Source: Candidatus Brocadiaceae bacterium (GTDB lineage Bacteria > Planctomycetota > Brocadiia > Brocadiales > Brocadiaceae). Taken from it: a stretch of DNA of 24,000 bases. This document shows positions 1 to 8,290 of the stretch, piece after piece. The notes below the pieces were generated by a model. The model saw only the letters and a program-made list of their open reading frames with translations. It was not told the DNA's origin and ran no database searches. Each line of letters begins with the position of its first letter. The stretch's first letter is position 1. A program made the position numbers and the translations under genes. The stretch spans positions 5,230 through 29,229 of the forward strand of contig JAXMAC010000025.1 of NCBI GenBank assembly GCA_046350595.1, written 5' to 3'.

Positions 1-379
1 ATATGATTGATAGTTTTCTAAGGTGTGTAAAGTTGAGAGAAGTAAAATAGGATATTAAACCTATCTGAAAATATACAAATGAGCCAGAAACATTTTCGCT
101 TTTAATAAATTCTTTAAAAGAAAGATTATAACTATGGGTTAATGAACCATGAGCAATGGGCTAAGGAATGTTGATTTGATTGGTTTGATTGGATCAGGGA
201 TGCTGAGAAGATTATCTGCTTGAGTATGGATTTGAAGTAGGGGGTGATGCGTTGAAGCCTCAGGGTGAAAAATAGGTTTTGAAAAATCCTTAATATCAGA
301 GCAATAAAACTTAAAGCTGTTTATAAATAGTATCACATAACACCAATTTGCAAAGTCATTTATAACTTATTTTTAAAAG

Positions 380-395
380 TGTGATCTAGATCACA
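380..395. promoter_or_regulatory. Perfect 16-bp palindrome TGTGATCTAGATCACA; candidate binding site for a CRP/FNR-family regulator (CRP-type TGTGA-N6-TCACA)
   Basis: Read directly: t380..a395 is fully self-complementary. It matches both CRP half-sites exactly and is flanked by A/T runs (aaaag...tactttt). It lies in the non-coding leader upstream of the 576 CDS. Confidence 0.5.
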
Positions 396-413
396 TACTT
401 TTTAGAATATTTC

Positions 414-422
414 TGGTATATT
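414..422 (+). promoter_or_regulatory. Candidate extended -10 element (TGgTATATT)
   Basis: TG at 414-415, one base, then TATATT at 417-422. A start site about 7 nt downstream (~429) would place the palindrome centre (387.5) at about -41.5, which is class II activator geometry. No good -35 is present, as expected for an activator-dependent or extended -10 promoter. Confidence 0.3.
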
Positions 423-575
423 TTAATTATATAGTCAATGAACGCATGAGTTGGTTTGCCACCAATTGCACGAAGGAACATTAATTTCAAAAAGATTTAT
501 ATTTGACAACTCATGCAGAGTTACGAGAAGATGCGCACTGATAAGGGATAAGAACAACTTATAATAAAACCGACA

Positions 576-2603
576 ATGACCGATAGTGATCCAATAAAAT
601 ATGAGAAAATGCAGGAAAAACATGAGGATAATAATGTCACTTTGTTGACAAGGTTGTTATACCCTACCCATCTGAAACGGTTTCTTTTCTTCTTTCTCAT
701 AGACATCCTTATTATTATCTTTTCCCTCTATGTCTCTTTTTACATCCGCTTTGAGTTTACCATGTCAGTTCAGTATCAATTGTTATTTTTAAAAACGGTG
801 CCTTTTTTTATAGCCGTTAAGCTTATCGCGATGGCATGTTTCAGGCTCTACAAAATCACCTGGCGGTATGTCGGGTTGCACGATTTGTTGAATGTCATCG
901 GCGCCGTGGCAGTATCAGAAGCGGCGTTACTGGCTTTGGTGTGGATCCCTGCTCCTTCATTTCCATCATTTGTGCACCCCCATATCGCGCATTTCTGGTC
1001 TGATAATCTCTATACGATGGGATTTCCGAGGAGTATATTTTTTATCGATGGTTTTATTTCCTTCTTTTTGTTGAGCGGGTTGCGGATTTCCAAGAGGTTG
1101 TTCTATGAGGTTATTCATAAAAAGGGCAACACAAAGACCGGCAAGAGAACCGTCATTATAGGCGCCGGAAATACCGGGGAAATGATATTGCGGGATATTG
1201 CGAGGCAAGGCTTTGGTGAATATTATCCCGTGGTGTTTCTTGATGATGATAAGAACAAGATCGGGATGTACGTGCGCGGGTTAAAGGTATTTGGTTCAAC
1301 AAAGCAGTTGAATATGGTTGTTGAAAGGTATGAGGCTGAGGCGCTCATTATTGCAATTCCATCATTAAATTACAAGGCATTGAGGGAAATATATGATTTA
1401 GCGAATAAATCGAAGGTTGGTACGGTAAAGATTGTTCCACGGATCTATGATGTACAAAGGCCTTCTATCAATATGAAAAACCTTGAGGATATAAAAATTG
1501 AGGACCTCCTTGGTCGTCAGGTTGTCCAGGTTGATTACAAATCGATAGAAGATTTTGTGAAAAATAAAGTAGTTCTCGTTACCGGGGCAGGGGGATCGAT
1601 TGGTTCTGAGATCGTTGTGCAGATATGTTCGTTCATGCCCGAAAAGGTTATCCTTTTTGATAATGATGAAACGGACCTCCATAATATGAAATTGAGGTTG
1701 GAGAGGATGTTTCCAAACCTCGTTTTCCGGCAGTGGGAAGATACGCAACTCCAGGAAAAGGTTGTTTTTATAACAGGCGACATCAGGGATGACGACGCAA
1801 TTCATGAGGTTTTCAGTATATTTAAACCTCAAATTGTATTTCATGCCGCCGCCTATAAACATGTGCCTATGATGGAATACAATCCAAAAGAAGCGGTAAA
1901 GATCAATATGTTTGGCACACGCAAGGTAGCGCAGGCGTCGGTACAGCACAAGGTGGAGAAGTTTATCATGATTTCCACGGATAAAGCAGTAAGGCCGACG
2001 AGTATTATGGGGGCTACAAAAAGGATAGCAGAATATATTTGCAAGGCATGGAATGATTGCGGGGATACGGCTTTTGTGTCGGTAAGATTTGGCAATGTCC
2101 TGGGAAGCCGGGGAAGCGTTTTACCCGCGTTTCTTGAACAACTGAAACATGGCGGACCTATTAAGGTAACCCACAAGGATATGCAGAGATATTTTATGAC
2201 AATTCCCGAGGCTGTATCTCTTGTGTTGCAGGCGTCTGTTATCGGAGCGGGCGGCGAGGTGCTTGTCCTTGATATGGGGGAACCGGTAAGGATTGTCAAC
2301 CTTGCAGAGGAATTGATACGGATTCACGGAATGGAACCCTATAAAGATATACAGATAGAGTTTGTTGGATTAAGGCCTGGAGAAAAGCTTTTTGAAGAGA
2401 TACTGACGGCAGAAGAAGGCACATCCGTAAGCAGACATAAAAAGGTTTTTATTGCTAAAAACAGCGAATATTATTCAAAAGTTGAAATCGAAAAGATACT
2501 TGATGAGTTTGAAACACTCATGAAAACACTGCCAAGAAAAGATAATAAAAAAATACGTGGCGTGCTCAAGAAATATGTGAAATATTACGAGGGGAATGAA
2601 TAG
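576..2603 (+). CDS. Membrane-anchored polysaccharide biosynthesis protein, CapD/PglF/WbpM family (nucleotide-sugar, likely UDP-GlcNAc, 4,6-dehydratase)
   Basis: 675-aa ORF. The N-terminus is hydrophobic with about 4 TM segments. There are two Rossmann motifs (IIGAGNTGE; VLVTGAGGSIGSE). Family-typical HAAAYKHVPMME (YxxxK) and ISTDKAVRPTSIMGATKRIAE are present. The start codon is uncertain because no SD precedes 576. Confidence 0.85.
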   Translation: MTDSDPIKYEKMQEKHEDNNVTLLTRLLYPTHLKRFLFFFLIDILIIIFSLYVSFYIRFEFTMSVQYQLLFLKTVPFFIAVKLIAMACFRLYKITWRYVGLHDLLNVIGAVAVSEAALLALVWIPAPSFPSFVHPHIAHFWSDNLYTMGFPRSIFFIDGFISFFLLSGLRISKRLFYEVIHKKGNTKTGKRTVIIGAGNTGEMILRDIARQGFGEYYPVVFLDDDKNKIGMYVRGLKVFGSTKQLNMVVERYEAEALIIAIPSLNYKALREIYDLANKSKVGTVKIVPRIYDVQRPSINMKNLEDIKIEDLLGRQVVQVDYKSIEDFVKNKVVLVTGAGGSIGSEIVVQICSFMPEKVILFDNDETDLHNMKLRLERMFPNLVFRQWEDTQLQEKVVFITGDIRDDDAIHEVFSIFKPQIVFHAAAYKHVPMMEYNPKEAVKINMFGTRKVAQASVQHKVEKFIMISTDKAVRPTSIMGATKRIAEYICKAWNDCGDTAFVSVRFGNVLGSRGSVLPAFLEQLKHGGPIKVTHKDMQRYFMTIPEAVSLVLQASVIGAGGEVLVLDMGEPVRIVNLAEELIRIHGMEPYKDIQIEFVGLRPGEKLFEEILTAEEGTSVSRHKKVFIAKNSEYYSKVEIEKILDEFETLMKTLPRKDNKKIRGVLKKYVKYYEGNE

Positions 2604-2745
2604 TTGTGATGGATAGTGCGTGGAGTTTTTGAAATGATCGAGAGTATTACCGTATAAAATCTTCTTTTTTGTATAAGTTTTCAATATCCCCGTAATTCTC
2701 CTGTAAACGGAAGGAAACCTGTTGCCATGCGAATGAATTTTTTAT

Positions 2746-2774
2746 TTGCATATTTTTGCTTTATTTACTATTAT
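2746..2774 (+). promoter_or_regulatory. Candidate sigma70 promoter TTGCAT-17-TATTAT for the PEPCK-like gene
   Basis: TTGCAT at 2746-2751, a 17-nt spacer, then TATTAT at 2769-2774. It lies inside the TTG-initiated extension of the ORF-track call (2756), which argues for the downstream ATG at 2837 as the true start. Confidence 0.35.
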
Positions 2775-2836
2775 CAGAAAATTTTATAAATTGGGTATGC
2801 CCGATAGATTATTGGAGCAAGAAAAGGGGGTTGCGC

Positions 2837-4492
2837 ATGATATCAACAATACCATTAAACGTAAAAGAATTTGATACGGTAAGGCAGATTGTAGAATCTT
2901 TTAGGGGAGCGCCCAATGTTATTAATTCTACGGACTGGACATTGCGCCGCAGCGCCGAGCGTTTTGCATCTTTTACCAAGTACGGGAATGTGGCAGTTCA
3001 TTCTACAGTCAAGAACCGAAGTGCAAAGATAACCGTTTATGTGGGAAGCGATGTGGTGCGTTTAAAGTCTCATAATCCTCAACAAACGGAGATTATGAAT
3101 AACCTGCCCAAAACGCTTGCAATGGTTGAGGAATATGTGAGACGTGCGCCCTTTGTGCGAATTAATCGCACGATGGGGAATAATAATGATTTTTCTCCGG
3201 ATTGCACGTTCTATGTTTCCATTCAGAGACCGGAGATGATTCGGCTTGCGTACATGACGTGGGCGACCCTTTTTCCGGCCAGGCAAGATGGCGATCCGAA
3301 ACAGTTCATCGTGTATATTCCCGAATGGCAGGAAACTGACCGCCAAATCCTCGTTTTTCCGGAAATCAGTACAACGATAGTTCTGGGAAGTGACTATTAT
3401 GGAGAATCAAAAAAAGGCTTTCTGCGGATGGCCATGTGGAATGCAAAGCAGAAGGGTATGCTCGGTCTCCATGCCGGGTCGAAAATTTTAAAAGCCCGCG
3501 GACCTGATGGTCGCCTCCAAAAATATGGAATGCTTATCTTCGGTATGAGCGGTACGGGAAAGACAACGCATACCTGTCATACTCATGGTCTGGATGGCGA
3601 TGATGAGGGCATTGAGATACTACAGGACGACGTGGTGTTTCTGAAGAAAGATGGTGCTGCATACGGTTCTGAGCGTGGGTTCTATTTAAAAACAGAAGGA
3701 CTTGATCCTGTTACTCAGCCGATTATTTACAAGGCAGCAACGTCGCGCGATACAATTTTTGAAAATGTTATGATTGACTATGAAGGCAATCTCTACTTTG
3801 ATAATGATACCTTAACCAGTAATGGACGCGGTATTATGATGAGAGAAGATCTCAAACCGTATATTTCAAATAATATCAATTTACCTCCTGTTAGTGAAAT
3901 GGATGGATTGATCGTTGTTTTTATTACCCGCCGTCACACGGTTGTGCCTCTTGCCGCAAAGCTTACTCCTGAACAAGCGGCTGCGGTCTTTATGCTGGGC
4001 GAATCGATTGAGACGTCCGCCGGCGATCCAAGGCGTGCAGGGGAATCCATCCGTGAGGTAGGCACAAATCCTTTCATCGTAGGCGACAAGGCATGCGAGG
4101 GGAACTGGTTTTACGATTTTGTAAAACGGCACGAGGGTAAGGTGCATTGTTACCAGTTAAATACGGGTGGTATTGGTGAAATTATTGAAAAGCTTCCGAA
4201 TGGCCAGAAAGTGATAAAGCGAAAAGTCCGCCGGGTTGAAATACCGGAGATGGCGTCTATTATTCGGGGCATTGTGCGTGGAACGAACAGGTGGAGTAAA
4301 GATAAGTACTGGAATCTTGAGGTGCCAACCGTTGTTGATGGCGTTGAGCTGTCCAAATATGACGTTGAAAAATTCTACCATCCCGATGACATCGTGAAGC
4401 AGGTATCTGAATTACGAATTGAGCGAGTAAAGTATATTGAAGAATTCGGCAATTTGGACAAGGCTATAATTACTGCGGCAAAAACGATGTAA
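2837..4492 (+). CDS. pckA: Phosphoenolpyruvate carboxykinase (ATP)-family protein, divergent
   Basis: P-loop GMSGTGKTT (kinase-1a). GSDYYGESKKGFLRM corresponds to GTWYGGEMKKGMFSM, and QLNTGGIG to VNTGWNG, both recalled from E. coli PckA. LTPEQAA follows the nucleotide-binding block. ATG 2837 is preceded by AAAAGGGGG (2822-2830). The ORF-track start at 2756 is a TTG with no RBS. Confidence 0.72.
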   Translation: MISTIPLNVKEFDTVRQIVESFRGAPNVINSTDWTLRRSAERFASFTKYGNVAVHSTVKNRSAKITVYVGSDVVRLKSHNPQQTEIMNNLPKTLAMVEEYVRRAPFVRINRTMGNNNDFSPDCTFYVSIQRPEMIRLAYMTWATLFPARQDGDPKQFIVYIPEWQETDRQILVFPEISTTIVLGSDYYGESKKGFLRMAMWNAKQKGMLGLHAGSKILKARGPDGRLQKYGMLIFGMSGTGKTTHTCHTHGLDGDDEGIEILQDDVVFLKKDGAAYGSERGFYLKTEGLDPVTQPIIYKAATSRDTIFENVMIDYEGNLYFDNDTLTSNGRGIMMREDLKPYISNNINLPPVSEMDGLIVVFITRRHTVVPLAAKLTPEQAAAVFMLGESIETSAGDPRRAGESIREVGTNPFIVGDKACEGNWFYDFVKRHEGKVHCYQLNTGGIGEIIEKLPNGQKVIKRKVRRVEIPEMASIIRGIVRGTNRWSKDKYWNLEVPTVVDGVELSKYDVEKFYHPDDIVKQVSELRIERVKYIEEFGNLDKAIITAAKTM

Positions 4493-4506
4493 AATAAAAA
4501 AAATAG

Positions 4507-4535
4507 TTGACATTTCTAATAGTTTTTTTTATAAT
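4507..4535 (+). promoter_or_regulatory. Consensus sigma70 promoter TTGACA-17-TATAAT upstream of the Rrf2 regulator
   Basis: TTGACA at 4507-4512, an exact 17-nt spacer, then TATAAT at 4530-4535. It lies 43 nt upstream of ATG 4578. Confidence 0.7.
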
Positions 4536-4577
4536 GTCTATCAGTTCTATATAGTTTGTATAACCTGGATGACATTT

Positions 4578-5036
4578 ATGAAACTATCTAAAAAAAGCGA
4601 TTATGCTATACGGGCTTTGATTTATCTCTCGATGAATTACCAAAAGGGCGCTGTCCAGATTAAAGAGATCTCTGCAAGCGAAAGGATTCCTCAGAAATTT
4701 CTTGAAAACATATTGCTTACACTCAGGAAGGCCGGTGTGCTGAATAGCAAGATGGGACTGAGGGGTGGCTATGAATTGGCCCGTTCCCCTGATCTCATCA
4801 CGCTGGGCGATGTGATTCGTGCCCTTGATGGGACTATTGCGCCGGTAAATTGTGTCAGTCAAATGTCTTATGAGCCATGTTCAGAAGAGTTGACGTGTGT
4901 TATTCGTGGAGTCATGATGGATATCCGAAATGCTATCACCGATGTGTTGGATACCATGACATTTGCGGATATGTGTAAACGTGCTAAAGATTCTTTAGAA
5001 AAAAGAGAGAATAGCTCTCTATCGTATGTGATTTAA
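4578..5036 (+). CDS. Rrf2-family transcriptional regulator (IscR/NsrR/CymR-like) with three candidate cluster-ligand cysteines
   Basis: The N-terminus MKLSKKSDYAIRALIYLS is the Rrf2 signature and a winged-helix region follows. Cys92, Cys101 and Cys107 (numbered from M4578) sit where IscR/NsrR cluster ligands lie. The start was moved 3 codons in from 4569 to match the family N-terminus. Confidence 0.85.
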   Translation: MKLSKKSDYAIRALIYLSMNYQKGAVQIKEISASERIPQKFLENILLTLRKAGVLNSKMGLRGGYELARSPDLITLGDVIRALDGTIAPVNCVSQMSYEPCSEELTCVIRGVMMDIRNAITDVLDTMTFADMCKRAKDSLEKRENSSLSYVI

Positions 5037-5051
5037 TTTTTATTTTCAATG

Positions 5052-5072
5052 AATGTCTATCAGTATGATAGA
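5052..5072. promoter_or_regulatory. Candidate operator: 13-mer AATGTCTATCAGT (also at 4533-4545) embedded in the palindrome TCTATCA-GTA-TGATAGA
   Basis: The exact 13-nt repeat occurs at 4533-4545, overlapping the -10 and start region of the Rrf2 promoter, and at 5052-5064, upstream of the ABC operon. At the second site 5056-5072 forms a perfect 7+3+7 inverted repeat. Confidence 0.4.
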
Positions 5073-5125
5073 GCTTGTGAGCTAGTATAAGAAGACATTT
5101 TCAATAAGTTTACTAACAGGAAAAA

Positions 5126-6184
5126 GTGAATATCTTCAGATTTTTAGCTATCTTGTGTCTCCTGTTTTTTTCAATCGTTCAGGGTGTTGGGTGCTCAAAA
5201 AAGGCGAACAATAATACAATCCATGTGGGGTATTTTCCTAATATTACTCATGCGCAGGCTGTTATTGGGTTGGCAAATGGCGCCTTTGCATCGCATTTAG
5301 GCCCGGATGTTAAGATAAAGTCAACCTTGTTTAACGCCGGCCCATCAATTATTGAGGCCGTGTTTTCAGAGGATGTTGATATTGCCTATGTAGGGCCGAG
5401 CCCTGCAATCAATGGGTATGTGAGGTCAGGTGGTAAGGCGTTTAAAGTGGTTTCTGGTGTGGCAAGCGGTGGCGCGTTGTTTGTAGTCAGACCGGATTCC
5501 CATATAAAAAAAGCTGCAGACCTCTCTGGGAAGCGGATTGCATCACCCCAGTTAGGAAATACACAGGATATTGCCCTTCGGGAGTATGTAAGGAAAAGTG
5601 GTTTAAAACCCAGAGAAAGGGGAGGGACGGTTGATATCTTTCCTTTACGTAATCCTGATATTTTAAATCTCTTTATGAGAAAACAGATTGATGGTGCCTG
5701 GGTGCCGGAGCCATGGTGTTCGAGGCTTATCCGGGAGGCGGGCGGCGAGATATTTCTTGATGAGAGGGCATTATGGAAGGACGGCCAGTTTTGTTCAACG
5801 TTAATAATCGTTGGTACGAATTTTTTTAACAATCACCCCGACTGGGTGCAACAGTGGCTTACTGCGCATGTTGAAATAACTCAATGGATTAACCAGCATC
5901 CCAAAATAGCGAGGAAGGTTCTTTTTGAACAGATTAAGGCGCTTTCAGGAATATATCTTCCCGAGGAAATTATCAGCGATGCTTTATCACGGGTAGTATT
6001 TACGTACGACCCTGTTGTTACTTCTTTATATTCGTATGCGGATATGGCATACGGCGCCGGCTTTTTAGGAGATAGAAAGCCAGATTTATCCGGATTGGTT
6101 GATTTACATATACTGAATAAAGTGCTTGCAGAGAAGGAATTATCCATTGCGGAAGATTTACCGATTATGGGTCTAGAAAAATAA
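5126..6184 (+). CDS. ABC transporter substrate-binding lipoprotein, NitT/TauT (aliphatic sulfonate/nitrate/bicarbonate-type, NMT1-like) family
   Basis: GTG start. Signal peptide with a lipobox (LLFFSIVQGVG-C-SKK). HVGYFPNITHAQAVIG and IAYVGPSPAING are typical of SsuA/TauA-like binding proteins. It is followed by a cognate ATPase and permease. Confidence 0.8.
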   Translation: MNIFRFLAILCLLFFSIVQGVGCSKKANNNTIHVGYFPNITHAQAVIGLANGAFASHLGPDVKIKSTLFNAGPSIIEAVFSEDVDIAYVGPSPAINGYVRSGGKAFKVVSGVASGGALFVVRPDSHIKKAADLSGKRIASPQLGNTQDIALREYVRKSGLKPRERGGTVDIFPLRNPDILNLFMRKQIDGAWVPEPWCSRLIREAGGEIFLDERALWKDGQFCSTLIIVGTNFFNNHPDWVQQWLTAHVEITQWINQHPKIARKVLFEQIKALSGIYLPEEIISDALSRVVFTYDPVVTSLYSYADMAYGAGFLGDRKPDLSGLVDLHILNKVLAEKELSIAEDLPIMGLEK

Positions 6185-6210
6185 TTTAAAGTTATTGGGG
6201 AGGTGGTAAA

Positions 6211-7152
6211 TTGGTTACAGAAAGCGTGGGTATTGGAAATATCATTGATGTAGAAGACGTAAAGGTTAAAAGCAGGGTACAGACATCTGTAGATGGTATT
6301 ATGCCAAAGCTACGCATTCAGCATGTATCAAAGTCGTTCCAATCAAAACAGGGACTGACCTATGTACTGGAAGACATAAACCTTGAGATTCAACCGGGAG
6401 AATTTGTATGTATTGTCGGTCCCTCGGGATGTGGCAAGACAACCCTGTTGAACATTGTTGCAGGGCTTGAAAAGGCCGATAAGGGGGAAATATGGGCGAA
6501 TGGTTCAAGGGTCAACGGCGCCGGTACTGACCGGGTTGTTATATTTCAGGAGGCGGCTCTTTTCCCATGGCTCAGCGTTGTAAAGAATGTTGAATTTGGT
6601 TTGAAATTAAAAGGTATTGGTAGTCATGAGAGGCGGGAGATGGCATTGGAATATCTCAAGATGGTTCATCTCTCGAAATTTCAGCACGCCCATGTCCACG
6701 AATTGTCGGGAGGGATGAAACAGCGTGTTGCTATTGCCAGGGCGCTTGCCATGAATCCTGAGATGCTCCTTATGGACGAGCCGTTTTCGGCGCTCGATGC
6801 ACAAACAAGGTGGATTCTTCATTACGAGTTGCAGAATATATGGATGAAAACGAAGAAGACGATTATGTTTATTACCCACAATATTCGCGAGGCGGTATGC
6901 CTTGCGGATCGTATCATACTCCTTTCTACCACGCCGGGAAGAATTAAGAGCGAATTTTTTGTTGAGTTACCAAGACCGCGGGATGACAATGACGTCAATG
7001 TTGCAGAATATTCTACAAGGATTATGAAAGAATTGAAGTCGGAGATCAATAAGGTGGTAAAGTGCGAGATGGATACGGATTCATGCGTAGAGTGTGATAT
7101 AAAGTGCACAACGGAAGAGCCTGCAAAAACGGATATCGGAGGAGGGATTTAA
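6211..7152 (+). CDS. ABC transporter ATP-binding protein (SsuB/TauB/NrtD-like) with a Cys-rich C-terminal tail
   Basis: Walker A GPSGCGKTT, signature LSGGMKQR, Walker B LLMDEPFSALD and an H-loop ITHN. The TTG at 6211 is preceded by GGGGAGGTGG (6197-6206). The alternative start is ATG 6301. Confidence 0.88.
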   Translation: MVTESVGIGNIIDVEDVKVKSRVQTSVDGIMPKLRIQHVSKSFQSKQGLTYVLEDINLEIQPGEFVCIVGPSGCGKTTLLNIVAGLEKADKGEIWANGSRVNGAGTDRVVIFQEAALFPWLSVVKNVEFGLKLKGIGSHERREMALEYLKMVHLSKFQHAHVHELSGGMKQRVAIARALAMNPEMLLMDEPFSALDAQTRWILHYELQNIWMKTKKTIMFITHNIREAVCLADRIILLSTTPGRIKSEFFVELPRPRDDNDVNVAEYSTRIMKELKSEINKVVKCEMDTDSCVECDIKCTTEEPAKTDIGGGI

Positions 7153-7908
7153 GTGAGTATCCTGAAAAGGGTTATATTTTTTGCCTTATTGGTTGGACTC
7201 TGGGAATTGTTATATAAATGCGGAATCTGGCCGGAGTATGTGCTTCCTTCTCCTGTTACGGTATGCAAAACTTTGGTTCGCGGATTTCATGACAAAACCT
7301 TTCTCTTTGGTATTGCGATCAGTATGAAAAGAATCGCCATTGGATATGGTCTTTCTATTGTTACGGGTATTTTCTTAGGATTGCTTATTGGAAGGATCAG
7401 GATTTGCGAAGAAACGCTTGGCACGCTGGTTTCAGGTTTGCAAACGTTACCCACGATATGCTGGCTGCCCCTTTCTTTACTCTGGTTTGGTTTGAATGAC
7501 AAAGCGATCATATTTTTAGTTTATATGGGCGCTGTACTTTCTATTACGATTGCAACGGAATCAGGGGTAAAAAGCGTGCCCCCCCTTTATGTGCGTGCAG
7601 CAAAGACCATGGGTGCAAAAGGATGGAAGTTGTATTTTGAGGTAATCATTCCATCATCACTCCCCCACATTATTACCGGCATGAAACAGGGATGGGCATA
7701 CGCCTGGCGTTCGTTGATGGCCGGTGAACTGTTAATTGTAGGCTTGGGGTTAGGACACCTCCTGATGGTTGGGCGGGAGCTTAATGACATGAGTCAGGTC
7801 ATTGCCGTGATGATTGTCATTATTGTGATTGGTATTATTGTTGATCGATTATTTTTTGTTAAAGTTGAACAACGTATTCGAGAACGCTGGGGACTGGCTA
7901 AGGGATAA
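7153..7908 (+). CDS. ABC transporter permease (SsuC/TauC-like, BPD_transp_1 type)
   Basis: 251-aa polytopic hydrophobic ORF. Its GTG start abuts the ATPase stop (TAAGTG). It is the third gene of the binding protein/ATPase/permease operon. Confidence 0.85.
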   Translation: MSILKRVIFFALLVGLWELLYKCGIWPEYVLPSPVTVCKTLVRGFHDKTFLFGIAISMKRIAIGYGLSIVTGIFLGLLIGRIRICEETLGTLVSGLQTLPTICWLPLSLLWFGLNDKAIIFLVYMGAVLSITIATESGVKSVPPLYVRAAKTMGAKGWKLYFEVIIPSSLPHIITGMKQGWAYAWRSLMAGELLIVGLGLGHLLMVGRELNDMSQVIAVMIVIIVIGIIVDRLFFVKVEQRIRERWGLAKG

Positions 7909-7910
7909 AT

Positions 7911-8102
7911 CTACATATCGACTTCAACAGGGAGTTCCATATTTTGCATGGAAGCCTGTATGAGCGCCTCGCGGTCGATTTCGTCTTCAGGCTGTTTAAT
8001 CCTGTCTGCATTCCTTTCGACAAATCGTATACCCTCGACTCTGTATTTCTTTTTTAATGTCTCGCATTTGGGGCAGTCGGAGGCTGTATAGATATATTTC
8101 AT
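7911..8102 (-). CDS. Small glutaredoxin/NrdH-like thioredoxin-fold protein (CPKC active site)
   Basis: 63 aa. The N-terminal beta-strand plus CxxC (YIYTASDCPKCETLKK) and a late xLPVxV motif fit the Grx-like fold. A strong SD (AAGGAG) lies 7 nt upstream of the ATG on the minus strand. Confidence 0.55.
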   Translation of the reverse strand: MKYIYTASDCPKCETLKKKYRVEGIRFVERNADRIKQPEDEIDREALIQASMQNMELPVEVDM

Positions 8103-8227
8103 GATAAATCTCCTTTGGTTTTAAAAGGGTGTATAAAAATTTCTTTGGGCAGATGCAAACAACATAAACAGGAAGATATTTTACTAAAAGGCGATGCTCT
8201 TTCAAGGATAATTTTCGTGATAATTGT

Positions 8228-8256
8228 TTGACGGGATATATCATATTTGTTATATT
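8228..8256 (+). promoter_or_regulatory. Candidate sigma70 promoter TTGACG-17-TATATT for the 8291-9485 operon
   Basis: TTGACG at 8228-8233, a 17-nt spacer, then TATATT at 8251-8256. It lies 35 nt upstream of ATG 8291, which has the SD GAGAAAGGA. Confidence 0.5.
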
Positions 8257-8290
8257 CCTTGAAATTGAGAAAGGATAGATATTATAAAAT

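Noticed and set aside
139-336. 65-aa minus-strand ORF in the left flank, together with 435-623 and 521-706
   Set aside because: It has a GTG start without an RBS, no motif, and lies in a stop-rich AT-rich spacer. 521-706 overlaps the CapD-family CDS antisense.
1398-1949. 183-aa minus-strand ORF, together with 1535-1783 and 1853-2299
   Set aside because: It lies entirely antisense to the well-supported CapD-family CDS. The composition is odd (Cys/His/Phe-rich), and there is no RBS or motif. It is a shadow ORF.
2756-2836. N-terminal extension of the PEPCK-like ORF (TTG start)
   Set aside because: The extension has no RBS and contains a plausible promoter. The internal ATG at 2837 has a strong G-rich SD.
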